A program made the translations under genes and the position numbers. The notes beneath the pieces are model-generated. The model saw only the letters and a program-made list of their open reading frames with translations. It was not told the DNA's origin and did no database searches. A stretch of DNA of 64,000 nt from Eledone cirrhosa. Lineage: Eukaryota. The DNA lies in contig OZ024740.1 of NCBI GenBank assembly GCA_964016885.1, forward strand, positions 179,676,001 through 179,740,000. The letters are read 5' to 3'. Shown in pieces: positions 27,601-40,130 of the stretch. Within the stretch, counting starts at the first letter, position 1; each line of letters begins with the position of its first letter.

Positions 27601-29242
27601 TTGTTCAATTCATCTACCACTAGATTTAGGATGTCAACCGAATCTTGTCCTAGCCCGTCAGCATTCATCTCCTCAGTGGCCGTATCTCTGTTCCAGGTAT
27701 TATTTATCTCAGTATTCAGATCATTGTCTGCTTCGGGTGGTTCCTCCGTTCTCAGGACCTCCTCACCTTCATTTCCCACCGGCTCGCTTGTCTGGCATAC
27801 TACACCCGCCATCTCCAAGCCATTCTCTCTGCTCAGTTCCTCCAGTTCCAGCTCGCTTATCCACCCATTAGTTCTTATTACCCGAGCCTGCCCGGCCAAT
27901 TTTTGTTCATCTAATTTAAATAAACCAATCTCGTTCCAGATGTTATGCATCCGTCTCCTGTAGCCCCTCTCCTTGGGGATACTTTTCAGGTAGCATTGCA
28001 TAACAGTTCTATTCAATTCTTTCGTCCAGTTGGTTCTGGCCCCTTTCCTTCTTCTTCTTCCTCCAACATCAGCAGTATTTGGTTGACAGTCAGGTTCCTG
28101 CTGCTGAGCCAGGGGGCACCTGTTGGGTGAGAGTCTGTCACATGACGTTCTAGTCTCCATTTCACCGTTATTCGAACTGTTTATGTTCGATATTTAAACA
28201 CTCTTATCGAGGATTGGCGAATGTATGTTTACATAGCCATCTGTGGATCCGCCATCCCACTTGGCCCTTGTGTGGCATTATCACCACGCTGTATACGAAC
28301 ACACATAAACAAACAAACACACGGGCAGAAAGGGCCCCAAAAATGAATAAGCATAAGTTTCATTGTAATGTAGTATTCGAATGTCTGACTTAGTTTTTGT
28401 TTTTTAAGTTTTACTTTTTCCCCCCTCTTCTCTGCCCGTCCGCCTGCTTCTCTCTTCATTCTTATTTTCTTTACGTTTTTGGGGTTTCTTTTTTTGTTTT
28501 TGTTTTTCTCTGTTTGTTTTTCTCGTTTTTTGCTGTTGTTGCTGTGCTGCTTTGGTTTTGTTGTTTGTTTTTTCTTTTTTCTTTTGAGTCTATCTATATA
28601 TTTTGATGCCTTCCTCTTTGTTAGTAGTAGGGATTCTATAATGTGGAAGTCGTAGCAGCCAGCAGGGAGAAGTGGGAGGCTGGCGGCGCTGGCGATACTG
28701 AGACATTGGTGGTGGTGATGTCGATACCGAGGCAGTGGTGGCGGTGATGCGACCGTATTACTGTAGTGATGGTGCTGTAGCGGTGGCAGCAGCAGTGAAG
28801 GAGTGAAGGGGTGGTGGCGGCGGTGATGGGATAGTGGTGGTAATGATGGCCGTAGTGAGCGGTGGCGATGAAGGTGAAAATGCTGTTGTGTTTAGTGTAC
28901 ACAGATGATGGGGTGGATGGTGTATCTAGTTTCTGGTGTTGGTGAGTTTAGCTGTCCTATATAGTGTAGCCAGAGGAGAGGAGGGGGGGGGGGGGTTCTT
29001 CTTCTTCCATTTATAGCCATTTTTTTTTTTGGATATGCAGTGTACAATACAAAGTTGAATATTTGAATATTTGAGCCTTATACCAATATATTTTGGGTCC
29101 GAATTTTTGGGGGCTCAAGCCGGGTGCTTTACGTAGCATTTGTACTAAGAGTTGTTATTTCACAAATGATTTAAATATGTTAAAAATTCAAAACTTACGG
29201 GAGCGATTTCATGACCTCCGTTACCTCGTGCGTCTTCTTCCC
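24693..29242 (-). mobile_element. Full-length R4/Dong-like RLE non-LTR retrotransposon, family A
   Basis: Single long ORF, ~1.08-kb 5' region, short 3' UTR, (TTA)n at both ends. Confidence 0.92.
24768..28160 (-). CDS. Intact 1130-aa R4/Dong-like protein: N-terminal Myb-like region, RT, CCHC zinc motif, restriction-like endonuclease
   Basis: KSPGPDG, YRPITCL, DYRKAFD, QGDSLSP, LFMDD, YKYLG; CRICGEREETVAHIVSEC; RHD; KPDLVV...IVDVACPFD...KINRYQDL. Confidence 0.95.
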   Translation of the reverse strand: METRTSCDRLSPNRCPLAQQQEPDCQPNTADVGGRRRRKGARTNWTKELNRTVMQCYLKSIPKERGYRRRMHNIWNEIGLFKLDEQKLAGQARVIRTNGWISELELEELSRENGLEMAGVVCQTSEPVGNEGEEVLRTEEPPEADNDLNTEINNTWNRDTATEEMNADGLGQDSVDILNLVVDELNNDSGRPMNLRFVDRKKLKETTAKVNKVIPYLEARSLHQCNNILKATANTVRKLLGIKARGNNRQERAEPWWKKRLSGQIGEMRNDIGKLESLLNGTLKNIGTKNRLEIKYKTRSKKLNIIIEELKQRIVAKSAKIRRYENRVSQYKQNRMFDNNQKMLFGQLEGKERGNDLIPGAEQAKTFWRGIWEQDVRHNAQAGWIETVQREIGEKAQQQTDLSITVETLKGQAKKLTNWKSPGPDGVQGYWIKHLTSLHPKLTAMFNDCLVSGEVPEWLTKGTTVLILKDRIKGNDVTNYRPITCLPVMWKLLTSIVSEEIYHHLHTNNLLPDEQKGCRKKSRGTKDQLLIDKMVMGNCRRRHSDLAMGWIDYRKAFDMVPHSWITKSLEVFRVADNIRQLLGRSMGSWETELTSTGVSLGSVKIKRGIFQGDSLSPLLFVLALMPLTIMLRKVRAGYKLGRGELTINHLLFMDDLKLFGKSEKELDVLVDTVRIFSSDICMQFGIGKCGVIVMKRGRLSRSNGIQIPTGEMIKEIDSEEGYKYLGVLEADGIKNKKMKELLRTEYIRRVRSVLKSHLNSRNAISAVNSRAVSIIRYSAGILRWNVAEQKEMDRKTRKLLTIYNMFHKKSDFDRLYLRRSEGGRGLISIEDCVQMEKNNLYKYVTYSKEPMLRTVLKEGTVGQGMSKEEITSRRKSSLKGKSLHSTFFEKTEFRDPQTWNWLRRGDLKKATEGMLMAAQEQALKTKWLKHHIYKEEASPLCRICGEREETVAHIVSECKHLAQTHYKGWRHDVMGRVIHWHLCKVNNLPHSEKWYEHRPEAVMENSQVKVLWDFRIQTDKKLEHNKPDLVVMDKEKRSCLIVDVACPFDTRVQEKEREKINRYQDLKWEVKRIWNCHEVKVIPIVIGALGTISKGFQGWLKKIGPFTLFGTLQKACLLGTARTLRYVLNI

Positions 29243-29297
<55 letters not shown>

Positions 29298-29298
<1 letters not shown>

Positions 29299-30159
29299 GG
29301 CGACCTACGTAGTAAATTGTATCATCGTGATCTCCGCAAAGGTTTGTGATTTTCAGTTGTTTAAAATTGCCATTTATGGAAAATTTTTATTGTTAACTGT
29401 ATATAAGTGCACATACTTTGATTTCTGTAAAGGACACTCAAAAATAAACTTTTTATAATTATCAAACAAAAATTTTTCTTTGAAAAATAATGGATGACTC
29501 AGAGTCACTCCTTCCTCACAATCTAACACCTCACACCGACACCACCATTGTAAATATTGCTACATTTGCCAACACTGGAAATGTAAGCAGTAGCAATATT
29601 TTAAATTTGTCTCAGGCAGACGTTCATTTCCAGCCATTACCTATGACTGCAGGTGTTAAAGCCGCCACCACCACCGCAACAACCCCCCTCCCACCACCAC
29701 AGCGACAACAGAAACAAAAGAAAAAAATAAATTAACTCGTGATATCGAAATGAATTCAACCAAAATGAACTCTTCCACACCGAACACCACTGACGCCACC
29801 ACCACCACCACACCTGAAACTAAAATTAACAATGTGAAAAATAACGATGACAACAACAGCAACAATGAAATTAAGAAAACTACCCTGAGTTTTGCCAGAG
29901 TAGCAAAAACGTGCGAAGCGATCCAGGTAACTCAAGAGGAATTAGTAAAAGCCAAAGGAAGGTAAAGAAAGATGGGTACAGGGTCAGCCCCCCCCCCCCA
30001 CCTAATAAAATGGAGCAACGTCGCCTATGCACCGTGTCTAATCGGACAATTAACATAAAATCGCGCCGAGTGGAACGGGCATCCGAGTCCCAAATTCAAA
30101 AAGCTTTGGGACATGTGTGGGCAAAAATAACCCACATCAGACGTGGGCAGAAGTATGGA
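29298..30159 (+). mobile_element. Tx1-like family A, 5' portion only
   Basis: Starts TGGCGACCTACG directly after (TTA)n; ORF1 N-terminus runs to RRGQKYG and is then interrupted. Confidence 0.88.
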
Positions 30160-30199
30160 TTATTATTATTATTATTGTTGTTGTTATTATTATTATTAT

Positions 30200-31372
30200 T
30201 GCTCTTTGAGTCTCAGTCATTGATGTTAGTTAACTGGAAAGTTTGTTGCAATGAATATCAAGCCGCTACCTGCAGCCTCAGATATTCAGGACGTATCGGA
30301 GGGTTCTTGCTGTTCCCAGCAAGCATGCCTTTTGAAGTGTTCCAAAAAGCGGAGCGGGGCCAATTTTCTTTAACCATTCCTGGAAGCTTTTTGAGACAGT
30401 ACCTAGTGCGCCTATGACAATCGGGACCACTTTGACTTCATGGCAGTTCCAAATCCTTTTTACCTCCCACTTTAAGTCCTGGTATCGGTTAATTTTCTCC
30501 CACTATTCTCTTGCACTCTCGTGTCGAATGGGCAGGCCACATCCATAATCAGGCACGATCTTTTTTCCTTGTCCAAAACCACCATGTCGGGTCTATTGTG
30601 TTCTAACTTCTTGTCCGTCTGTATCCTAAAATCCCATAGCAACTTCACCTGATCCTTTTTTATCACCGGCTTTGGCCTATGCTCACACCACTTTTCAGAA
30701 TATGGTCAAGTGTTTACTTTACATAGGTGCCAGTAGATCACCCTGCCTATCACATCATGTCTCCAGCCTTTATAGTGAGTCCGGGCTAGGTGTTTACACT
30801 CGGATACAATGTGAGCCACAATCTCCTCTCTCTCTCCACAGATCCTGAACAGTGGTCTAGCCTCCTCCTTGTAAATATGGTGTTTCAGCCACTTCGTTTT
30901 GAGGGCCTGCTCTTGCGCAGCCATTAGCATTCCTTCTGTAGCCTTTTTATGGTCTCCTGTTTTCAACAAGTTCCATGTCTGTGGATCTCTGAATTCCGTT
31001 TTCTCAAAGAAGGTACTATGAAGGGATTTTTCATGAAGGTTGTCCTTACTCCTTGTTGTTATTTCCTCCTTGGACATCTCCTGGTCTATTGTCCTCTCCT
31101 TCAGTACAATTCTGAACATCGGCTCCCTACTATCAGTCACGCATTTGTGTAGGTTGTGTTTTACTCCATCTGAACACAGTCCTCTATGCTGATAAGACCT
31201 CTTCCACCTTCAGATCTCCTTAAGTAGAGTCTATCGACATCACTCCTCTTGTGGAACATGTTGTAGATAGTCAATAGCTTTCTTGTCTTCCTATCCATTT
31301 TTTTTTTGTTCAGCAATATTGCATCTCAGAATTCCCGCACTGTACCTAAGAATAGACACAGCTCGGTAATTT
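30200..31372 (-). mobile_element. 5'-truncated Dong-like family A copy
   Basis: ORFs 30706..31140 and 30472..30666 match the C-terminus of the 1130-aa ORF; same 3' end (GAGTCTCAGTCATTGATG on +). Confidence 0.92.
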
Positions 31373-31387
31373 GATTATTATTATTAT

Positions 31388-34300
31388 TTTTTTAAAGTGT
31401 TATTTTTTGTATTATCTTGTCGTTAATGAAACTTAAGGTACACATCTTGAGTTAAAGAGAGAGATACCTCTTAATATTAGGACTTTAAGCCCGAATATCC
31501 AGATTTATAAAAAAAAACTTCGAAAAAAAATCGCTTCCCCACCAAAAAAAATTATGGAAATTTTCGACCTTGAAACGGTAAACAACGTTCAGGTCAAAAG
31601 TTTAAAAGCAGCCACTGTAGATTTCACCACGACTACGACGGCTACAGTCATGCCTGTCATCCACTCTACTGAATGTGAAGGCAAAACTAAAAACTACCAT
31701 CACAACCATCTGTGATAGCATCAGTAACAGCTGAAAACGACATCACCACCACCGCCACCACGACCACCACAACCACAACAACAAGTCAGAGCAATAACGA
31801 CAATAACACCGACAGCATCAATGTAAACACGTATGGCGGTGGCAACAGCATCAACAAACAAAACAGCAACAACAACACCAATAACAACAGCAAGAATGAC
31901 AACACCAACAATAAGAGCATCAGAAGCACCACATTTGCTGCAGCAGCAGCAAAAACAAAGCGCTTATTGAATATTGATATTGATATTAGCGATAAAGACG
32001 AACAGTTGGCCCAAGCGTGGAGGCTAATTAAACGGGAGTAGTCCTGGGCAAACCTGACCATCCCGGACGAGGCAATAGCGGCCATGCAAAGGAGGACGGT
32101 GTTCTTTCGATGCATTTCGGTGCAGACATGAAAAGTGGACCTTGCCAGCCAAGCAGAGGTCGAGGCTGCTTTGGAGTGCATCGGAAGTAACATAGAGTAT
32201 ACAGCAAGAGACAAACAGTTCGGTACCATCTCGGTACTGTTCATAATCGAGGCCCCCGCTATTAAGCACTCGGTGACCCCCTGCAGAACGGAACGCATTA
32301 TCATGCATCCGTCCTACATGGGTAAAAGGACAGCAAAGGTCCGCATTCCCAGCATCCCACCAGGAATGAACATATGGTGGCTGCTGGTATGCGTAATCGA
32401 GGAGGGCACAGACACTACCTCCCTGGATATCAAAAGGACAGAGAGAGAGGACTGGTCCGGAATGGATTTGGAGATTCTTCTCCAAATGAAACCGGAGGAC
32501 ATGAACAACATCCCGGATTTTGCCTGCCTGCAGGACGGGACAACAATCCAAATAATCATTGACGGAAGAAGGCCACGCTGCTTCGTCTGCGGAGAAGCAA
32601 CGCATCTGCAAGCCTTCTGCCCTCACCGGAAAAATGCAGGGGGTCGCAAACCTTATTTGTTACCAACGCCAGTGTCAGCACGGAAAGCTGCACCACCACC
32701 ACCACCCAAAAAAAACACCAACAGAAACACGGACACCAACATCAAAAACAGCCGGATCATCACCAACACCAAAACCAATCCAAGGGGAATACGAGGAAAG
32801 CTCTCCCACTCCCCCTACCCCCAATTATACACATAGACAAAACAATAAACGCACACACAGACACTGAGACACTCACAGCCACAGACCCTTTGTCTTCCAG
32901 CAGCGAAGATGAAGGAAAACCCCAAAGTGCAAAAAAACAGAGAAAACTCACGAAAAAAAAGCCCCAACAAAACACAAAAACATACACAACAAGAAATACA
33001 GACACCACTAACGCAAACGCTTCCCCAATAACATCATCACCAACAGCAACGCGACACCACCTCCACAATCCCCGAAACGCAAACTACCTAAACAAACACA
33101 AGTACAAATAAACACACAAATACCTGAAATTGCAGACACCACACCTACAACAAATACAGACATACCCGAAAAAACACCACCAAAACCATCACCACCACAC
33201 TCACCAAAACGAAAACAAATAAAACCACACCAACAAAATGATAAAACTTCGTGCTTGTCAGAAGGGCCAAAGATAAACTGATGGCCCTCTTATCACGAAG
33301 CGAGGACATTCAAACAGAGGGGGAGATTTTTGAAATGATCTCATTTTGCGTGCCAGATTTGCTTCTGGTCCGAATGTCACTCAATTCCATCAAAGAAATT
33401 CGAGAGAGCTTTCCTCAAGACGTGGGAACCCCGAATGTGAAACCCACATCAAGACATTTAAAGGGGTTCCCAAAAGAAACCCCACCAACCATGGAGGTCG
33501 AACCACCCGACCTTCACAAGACCCTGGGAGGTAAGTAAACCTTCCCTCTCTCTCTTAGCTTACCAATATGGCTATATTAAGAGTAGGATGTTTAAATGTT
33601 CGCGGCCTGGGGTCACCCTGGAAGCAGGGTCTCCTGCTCAACGACCTCAGGTCACTGGAAATGGATGTGATTGCCTTCAGCGAGACCAGAATTTTCGACA
33701 CGCGCGCACTAGCCCCCATTTTCAACGACTATCAGATCTTCGCATCTGTTAGCAGACCGGGAATGGGGTGTGGGGTGGCAATGCAGTTTAGGAAAGGACT
33801 GGATCTCGGGGTAAGGTCGATCTTCCGGGACCCGGACGGTAAGTTGGTGGTCTTGGATGTGAGCAGTAGCGAAGGTGGTGCCTTTAGACTGCTGGCCGTC
33901 TACGCCCCTACATGGGCCGGACGACCGGACTTCTTTAGGCACCTGGAGACCTTTCTGGGTACGTCTCGCCCTTTACTGTTAGTGGGAGACTGGAATAGCA
34001 TCTTAGACGCACGCTGGGATTGGGTGCGAGTAGCCGATAGGAGTGGGGGGTGCAAAAGCTCAAGCAACTATTCAGCCAGTTCCAACTGTCTGACAGGTAT
34101 CGACTAGATTTCCCCAATGTGCCAGTATGGACATGGACCAACCGAATGGGGTCATCTAGATCGTATATAGACAGGATCTTCATTAGGAAAATAGATAGAA
34201 ATAGTGTGGGCTGCCCACTTTTTAAAACGGTCGCCTATTCAGATCACACATTTGTGATCTGTACGGTCGACCTAGATAAAACGCGTAGGTTAGGACCGGG

Positions 34301-37243
34301 TTACTGGAAGCTGAACATGTCATTTCCGGCACGTAAGGCTTACAGGGACCGTGTCAACAATTTAGTTAAGCAAAAGTTGACAGGGGGGATCATCAACAAC
34401 AGATTGTGGGTGTTCTCAAAAGAAAGATTAAAGTAACTTCGATAGAGTTCAGCAAAGAACTAGCGTTAGAGAAAAATAGAAAGGAGGGGGAGCTGGTAGA
34501 TAAGTTAGACGAGGCTATTTGTAGTGGCATCGCAACTGACGTGCTAGCGGCGAGAATGGCATTAGACCATTTCTTCAATGCGAAGCACGAAGGTTGCATT
34601 GTCAGAGCTAAGGCGCGTGCGCTGAAAAAACGAGGGAACCAAAGCTAGTCGATGGGCCCGCGTCGCGGAGGCGCAGCGTGGTAATAAAATCACAATTCGG
34701 CCTTTGGCGGACCGAAACGGACACGAGATAAGCCATTCCAAGCGGTTGTGTGAAGCCTTTCGCCAGCACTTTGCTCGGTTGTTCGGGGGGAGTGGCGAGT
34801 CAGAGAGAGTAGCGGATTTCAGTCCCTACCTTGAAGGTTAGCCGTGCATCTCGACGGTCGACGCTGAGCGCTGCGAAAGGCCGATTACTTCAGCCGAAAT
34901 TCAGGACGCCCTTGTCGGCTGCATAAGGCGCACGTCACCCGGTTTGGATGGCCTGCCCTACGAGCTTTACGTAAATATGCCAGACTTGTTCTCCGAACTC
35001 CTCGAAGCACTTGGTGCAGCAGAATGGGAGTATTCCCAGTTCTGTGAGCAGGGGAGTGGTGACGCTGATAAGGAAAGACGAGAACAAAAGGGATACATTA
35101 GACAACTTCAGGCCCATAACTCTGCTCAACACAGAGTTTAAGATTTTGGCCAAGGTGTTAGCAAAGAGATTGGGGCTTGTCGTCGAGGATTTGGTTGGGA
35201 AGGCGCAAACTTGCGCAATCCCAGCCAGGTCCATACACGACAATCTCTACCTCATGCGATACATAATAGAGAGGGTGGGGTGTAAACCTGGCTTCGGTGG
35301 GGCACTGATCAATTTAGATCAATCGAAAGCTTCGATAAGGTCGACCATCGGTATCTGGAGATTGTTCTCAAAGCAGATGGCTTCGGCCCTGTCTTCAGAA
35401 GCTGGATCGCTGCAATGCACAGCGGCACACGCTCGGTGGTCAAGGTTAATGGCCACCTCTCGGAACCATTTTGGCTCTAACGATCGGTCCGTCAAGGGTG
35501 CCCTCTCTCTTCCCTTCTGTACGTATTGACTCTCGAGCCTTTACAGCGGAAGCTGGAGCTATTGCAGGGCATCCCGCTCGAACCGGGACGTGGAAAGGCG
35601 GTGTCGGCTTATGCGGACGACATCACAGTGATGGTGTCGAACACCTCAGAAATCGAGGTGGTTGCACCTTATTGAAGAAATATGAAAGGTTGACAGGAGC
35701 CAAACTTAACCCGGAAAAGTCGGTGGGCTTGCAGCTCGGAACCTGGAGAGGCAAGCCCATGCCGTCCAATAGCGTCGTGGGGCGCTGGACGGACGGACCG
35801 GTAAAGTTGCTCGGGGTTTGGTTCGGACCAGACCTCCAGGTGGAAAAGAATTGGGACGAGGTAACGAGCAGAGTAGCCAGTCTCACCCATCAAGGGGCTG
35901 GGAAGAAGCTATCACTGAAAAACGCGCGGAGGTGGCGAATGCGTACATCGCGTCCGTCATCTACTACCGCCTGACCGTCGTGCCTTGCCCCCGTCCGCGC
36001 CTCGTCAAGTTGGAACGGCTCCTCTTCAAATTCTTGTGGAGAGGACAAGTTCCGTTGGTGAGGTGGTCCAACTGCTGCCAGCACCCTCTACGCGGAGGGC
36101 TGGGCATGTCGGGGTTAATGATGCGCAGACATGCGCTGAGGCAGCGACATCTCCAGATATTCTGCCTCAACCGTGAACAGGTGTGGTCGCCGTTTATCAG
36201 ACGGGCCTTTCCGCAGCTCATTTCTTTGACTTAGCTGCAGTCCTGGGTGAAGAAGAGACCGAGACTGTGTGACTGGCACCTGGAATGTTGCCAGGCACTC
36301 ACTGCCCTCTACCAAGCGGGAAATGCGATCAGTGGAACTTCCACTCTCCAGTTCTATAGAGGATAGTGGTGGGCAAGTGCGATGACGCACTCGGAGAAGC
36401 TTTGGGCCTCGACGAAGTCGAACTGACCAGTCTGTACCGGAGGACTTTTGAGCCGGGGACGATGGACAATTTCCAGAAATCCCTCGCTTGACAGTGCTAC
36501 CGGGGCACTGCCGGTTCGGGATACACTCTTCAGGCACGGAAGTGCTGTCAGACAGACCTGCCCAAGATGCGCACAGAACGACAAAACCGTTCTGCACGCA
36601 CTTGTCCAATGTCCGTGCATTACTGACTTGTGGAGTTATGTCGAACAGCTACTCTCGCGTGTGGAACGAATCCGGCTATCGGCCGAGTCCATAGTGAAGA
36701 TCGATCCCACGCCTTCCTTAGGTCAGGAAGAGCAGGAAATTTTCCTCTGTCTGGTGGCAGTTGCGAAAGAGGTTATATGGTGGATCAGGTTAAAAGGACT
36801 GAAGACAGACACTTTTCTCTTCGGCCAATCCCTCATCAACTTCTTCAAGTTTCACCTGGTGGAGAGAGAAGTGCTGCCCCCAGTACATTTGCTAAAAGGT
36901 GGGTGAATGCGGTGAGAATGGCTCGTGTGAATGGGCCTACTCTGACCATGAGCCTATAGGGTAGCTAACTTGAGGAGAGGGGTGCTCTCCCTAGGTGCCC
37001 TAGAAGCGCAGGGTGGTTCAGGATTGGTGGGGTACCCGAGTCACCCCAGGGTCGTCCACCCCCTATCGGGGAATTTATTTTGTTATATTTATGCGTATTT
37101 TATTTTATATTTTTATATTTTCATTGTTAAATCAGTCTTGCCATTGTGCACTTTATCTCGACCTTATTGTAAACCCCCACTGTCCCTGTCTTTGTATTGT
37201 CCCCTACATGTCGGCCTTTGTGACTAATAAATGAAATCATTAT
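31388..37243 (+). mobile_element. Tx1-like family B, full length, decayed
   Basis: ORF1 with CFVCGEATHLQAFCP; EN 33568..34107 (NVRGL, FSETR, VYAP, GDWN); RT pieces with YADD near 35610; C-terminal CPRC...H...C; AATAAA then TTATT. Confidence 0.92.
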
Positions 37244-37244
37244 T

Positions 37245-37388
37245 GGTGGATTGGCAATATCGGTGGAGGGTCGGACGCCATGCTTTCCGGCCGAGGTTGA
37301 CCTTGCCTTTCACCCTTACGGGGTCGATAAATAAGGTGCCAGTAATGCACAGGGTAATTGCTGGCCTTGTGCCTAAAGTAGAAACAAT
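37245..37388 (+). mobile_element. SINE copy with an internal deletion, directly after the Tx1-B 3' end
   Basis: Matches the 19611 SINE. Confidence 0.88.
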
Positions 37389-37407
37389 TATTATTATTTT
37401 TATTATT

Positions 37408-40075
37408 ACAGTTGCTTTATGTTCATACGAGTTATCACCAAGTCACAACCAGTGACCTCAAGAGACAACAAGGGCCCCCATGTTCAAGAAAGAACATACA
37501 TACACACACATGCATCTTTAGCTGATGTACTTAAATTGACAGAATCTTCCTTAGTATATTGGCAGTTCCCATTAGTACTATCTTTTGTATTTCTCCTATA
37601 CGCGGGTTTCCTGGGATTTGCAATAAGTAATCATTAGACCCTTTAGGTATCATTCCTAGAGCGCCTACAACCAGTGGTATTGTTTTAGTTCTCAATTTCC
37701 ACATTTTTCCAATTTCTATCTCCAGGTCCATATACTTGCTCAATTTTTCAAATGTTTTTATAAATACATTCTTCTCTATTGGAACGGACATATCGATTAA
37801 CAGGCATACCCTCTTTTTAAAGTCCTTCAGTATTATATCAGGTCTATTTGCATCTATTTTTCGGTCTGTTCGGATGCTAAAGTTCCACAAGATTGAGATG
37901 TGATCTTTTTCAAGTATGGGAGGTTGTTGATGCTCCCACCAATTCTTTTGATGGGGCAGGTCAAAATGCTTACACATTATCCAATGTATTTAATGTGCAG
38001 CTCTATCATGCCTGTTTAGGTATTGGGTTGGAGCTATAGGGCTGCACATTGAAATTATATGACCAATGGTCTCTGGTTGTTTTTTACATACATGGCATGA
38101 TGGGTTGCATCCACTTATTATTATGTTGGCTTGGTAAATTTTGTTGGCAGACACTGATCTTGTGATGATATAATCAGTCCTTCAGTCTCCGATTTCAGTC
38201 CAGACGATGCCAACCACGGATGGATTAAAGTTTTGTCAACATCAGGATTGTTAGCTCTTTCTGGGTATTTTCCATACAGAGGCATTTCTTGCCATTTCTT
38301 AGCCAGTTTCTGTAGCAGTTCTTTCTTTGCAGTTACTTTTACCTGCTTTGCTTTTCCTGTGTTTTCCATTTCAGCAGTAAATGGGACTTCTGAAATTTGT
38401 AGTCCATTACTGTATCTTTGTCATCTTTTGTAATGGAGTATGATCTTTTGATGCTTTCGTGTTTCAAAACGAGTTTGATCATCCAATCATGCGATTCCCT
38501 TAGATATGTAGATAATCCAATTGTTGCAGTTTTCAACGCAATATCTAACTGCATTAACCCGCGTCCTCCTTCTTTCCTAGGGAGATATATTCTATCTGTA
38601 TCAGTCTTAGGGTGATGCATTCTGTGCATGGTTAAGAATTTTCTAAATTTTGTATCGAGCCTACGGATCTCTGATTTGACCAGTTGATAAAAATATAACT
38701 GTAGGTTACTACTTGTATGGCAAGCGTGTTTATGACATCGATCCTATTCCTTGGATTCAATTCCGTTCTTAAGATTGCTCTTACTCTGCGGTAACATTCC
38801 TTCCTTATCCTTTCCCTCATTGTCGAGTGCTTGATTCCGTCTCCTTTTCAAACACCTAGATATTTGTAAGTTTCCTCTTGATCAAGTTCTCTTATCACAT
38901 TCCCCCGATCAAGATTAATGTCTGAACTTTTCAGCAGCTTTCCTCTGGTGAACGTTGCTTTGGCGCATTTATCTAGTCCAAACTCCATTTTAATGTCATC
39001 ACTCAACTGATCCACAGTAGATAATAGCCCTTGCAATTGTTCATGATTTTTTGCAAATAGATCCAGGTCATCCATGTAGAGCAAGTGATTAATGTTTTTG
39101 TCATAGACTTTATATCCATGTTTTGTTTCATTGAGCATTTTACTTAATGGCATAAGTGCGATGCAGAATAAAAGCGGTGATAAAGAGTTACCGTGAAAAA
39201 TTCCACAATTAATATTAACTTCTCCAGCTTCCAGTTATTCTTTTTCACTATTCAAAAGGAGTGTCGTTTGCCATGTCTTCATACTGAATGACAGGAACCT
39301 CCTCACAACGGGAGATATTTTGAAAATCTCTGAACATTTTTCAATCCAACTGTGTGGCAAACTATCGAATGCTTTTTTTATAATCTATCCAAGCAATTGA
39401 TAGATTTTTGTGTCTATTATGACAATCTTCCAGTATTAATTTGTTAACCAAAAGCTGATCCTTACAGCCATAAAAGCCTCGTTTACACCCTTTCTGCTCA
39501 TTGGGAAATAGATAATTTGTTATCAGGTGGTCATATGTATATTCAGTTAGGATTGATGTTAAAATGTTATACATTGTGGTCAAGCAAGTTATCGGTCTGT
39601 AATTTTTAGGATTGTTTGTCTCATCATTCTTCGAAAGCAGGAATGTAATGCCGTTAACTAGCCATGATGGTATTTTTTCTAGCTCTTTAATTATTTCAAT
39701 GTAAAGTTGGGCTAACAGCTCATGATACCCTGAGAAGACATTTATCCAAAAAATTGGTATTTTGTCTTTTCCTGGGGATTTCAATTTGCTGGTTTTTCTA
39801 ACAGCCAAACGCAACTATTCAACTGTTATATTTTCCCATCTTTGTTCCTCCAGGTGAGCTGTATCTTTCATTTGTCTGTCTATCCATAGGGCATGTATAT
39901 TATGAACTTTTTCTTATGCCAAGATCTTTTCCCAGAATTCTTGCACCTCCTCCTTGGGTGGTATTGATTTGGCAGTTATTGATGACTTGCAATTTTTCTG
40001 TAGAAGTTTCTCTGGTTGTTTTTCAACATATTATTGACCTTATAGAATCTAGATCGTTTTTCAAAGCGCCTTATA
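37408..40075 (-). mobile_element. 5'-truncated R4/Dong-like family B copy
   Basis: RT (YRPITCL, LYMDD) and RLE (NRPDII...LIDMSVP...KLSKY) fragments. Confidence 0.9.
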
Positions 40076-40130
40076 TGCTATTATTAATATTACTAATATT
40101 ATTAAAATTATTATTATTATTATTATTATT

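Noticed and set aside
28205-28230. GGCGAATG as an HDV-ribozyme J4/2 motif
   Set aside because: It is antisense to the element, and the C is T in the second copy (near 57287)
28300-29020. An ORF1-like upstream ORF in the Dong leader
   Set aside because: Thr/Pro-rich frames are broken by stops even in the copy with an intact main ORF; only weak similarity between leaders remains
33531-33558. 28-nt GT-AG mini-intron fusing Tx1-B ORF1 to ORF2
   Set aside because: It is too short for typical splicing, does not restore frame, and family A has no AG at the equivalent place
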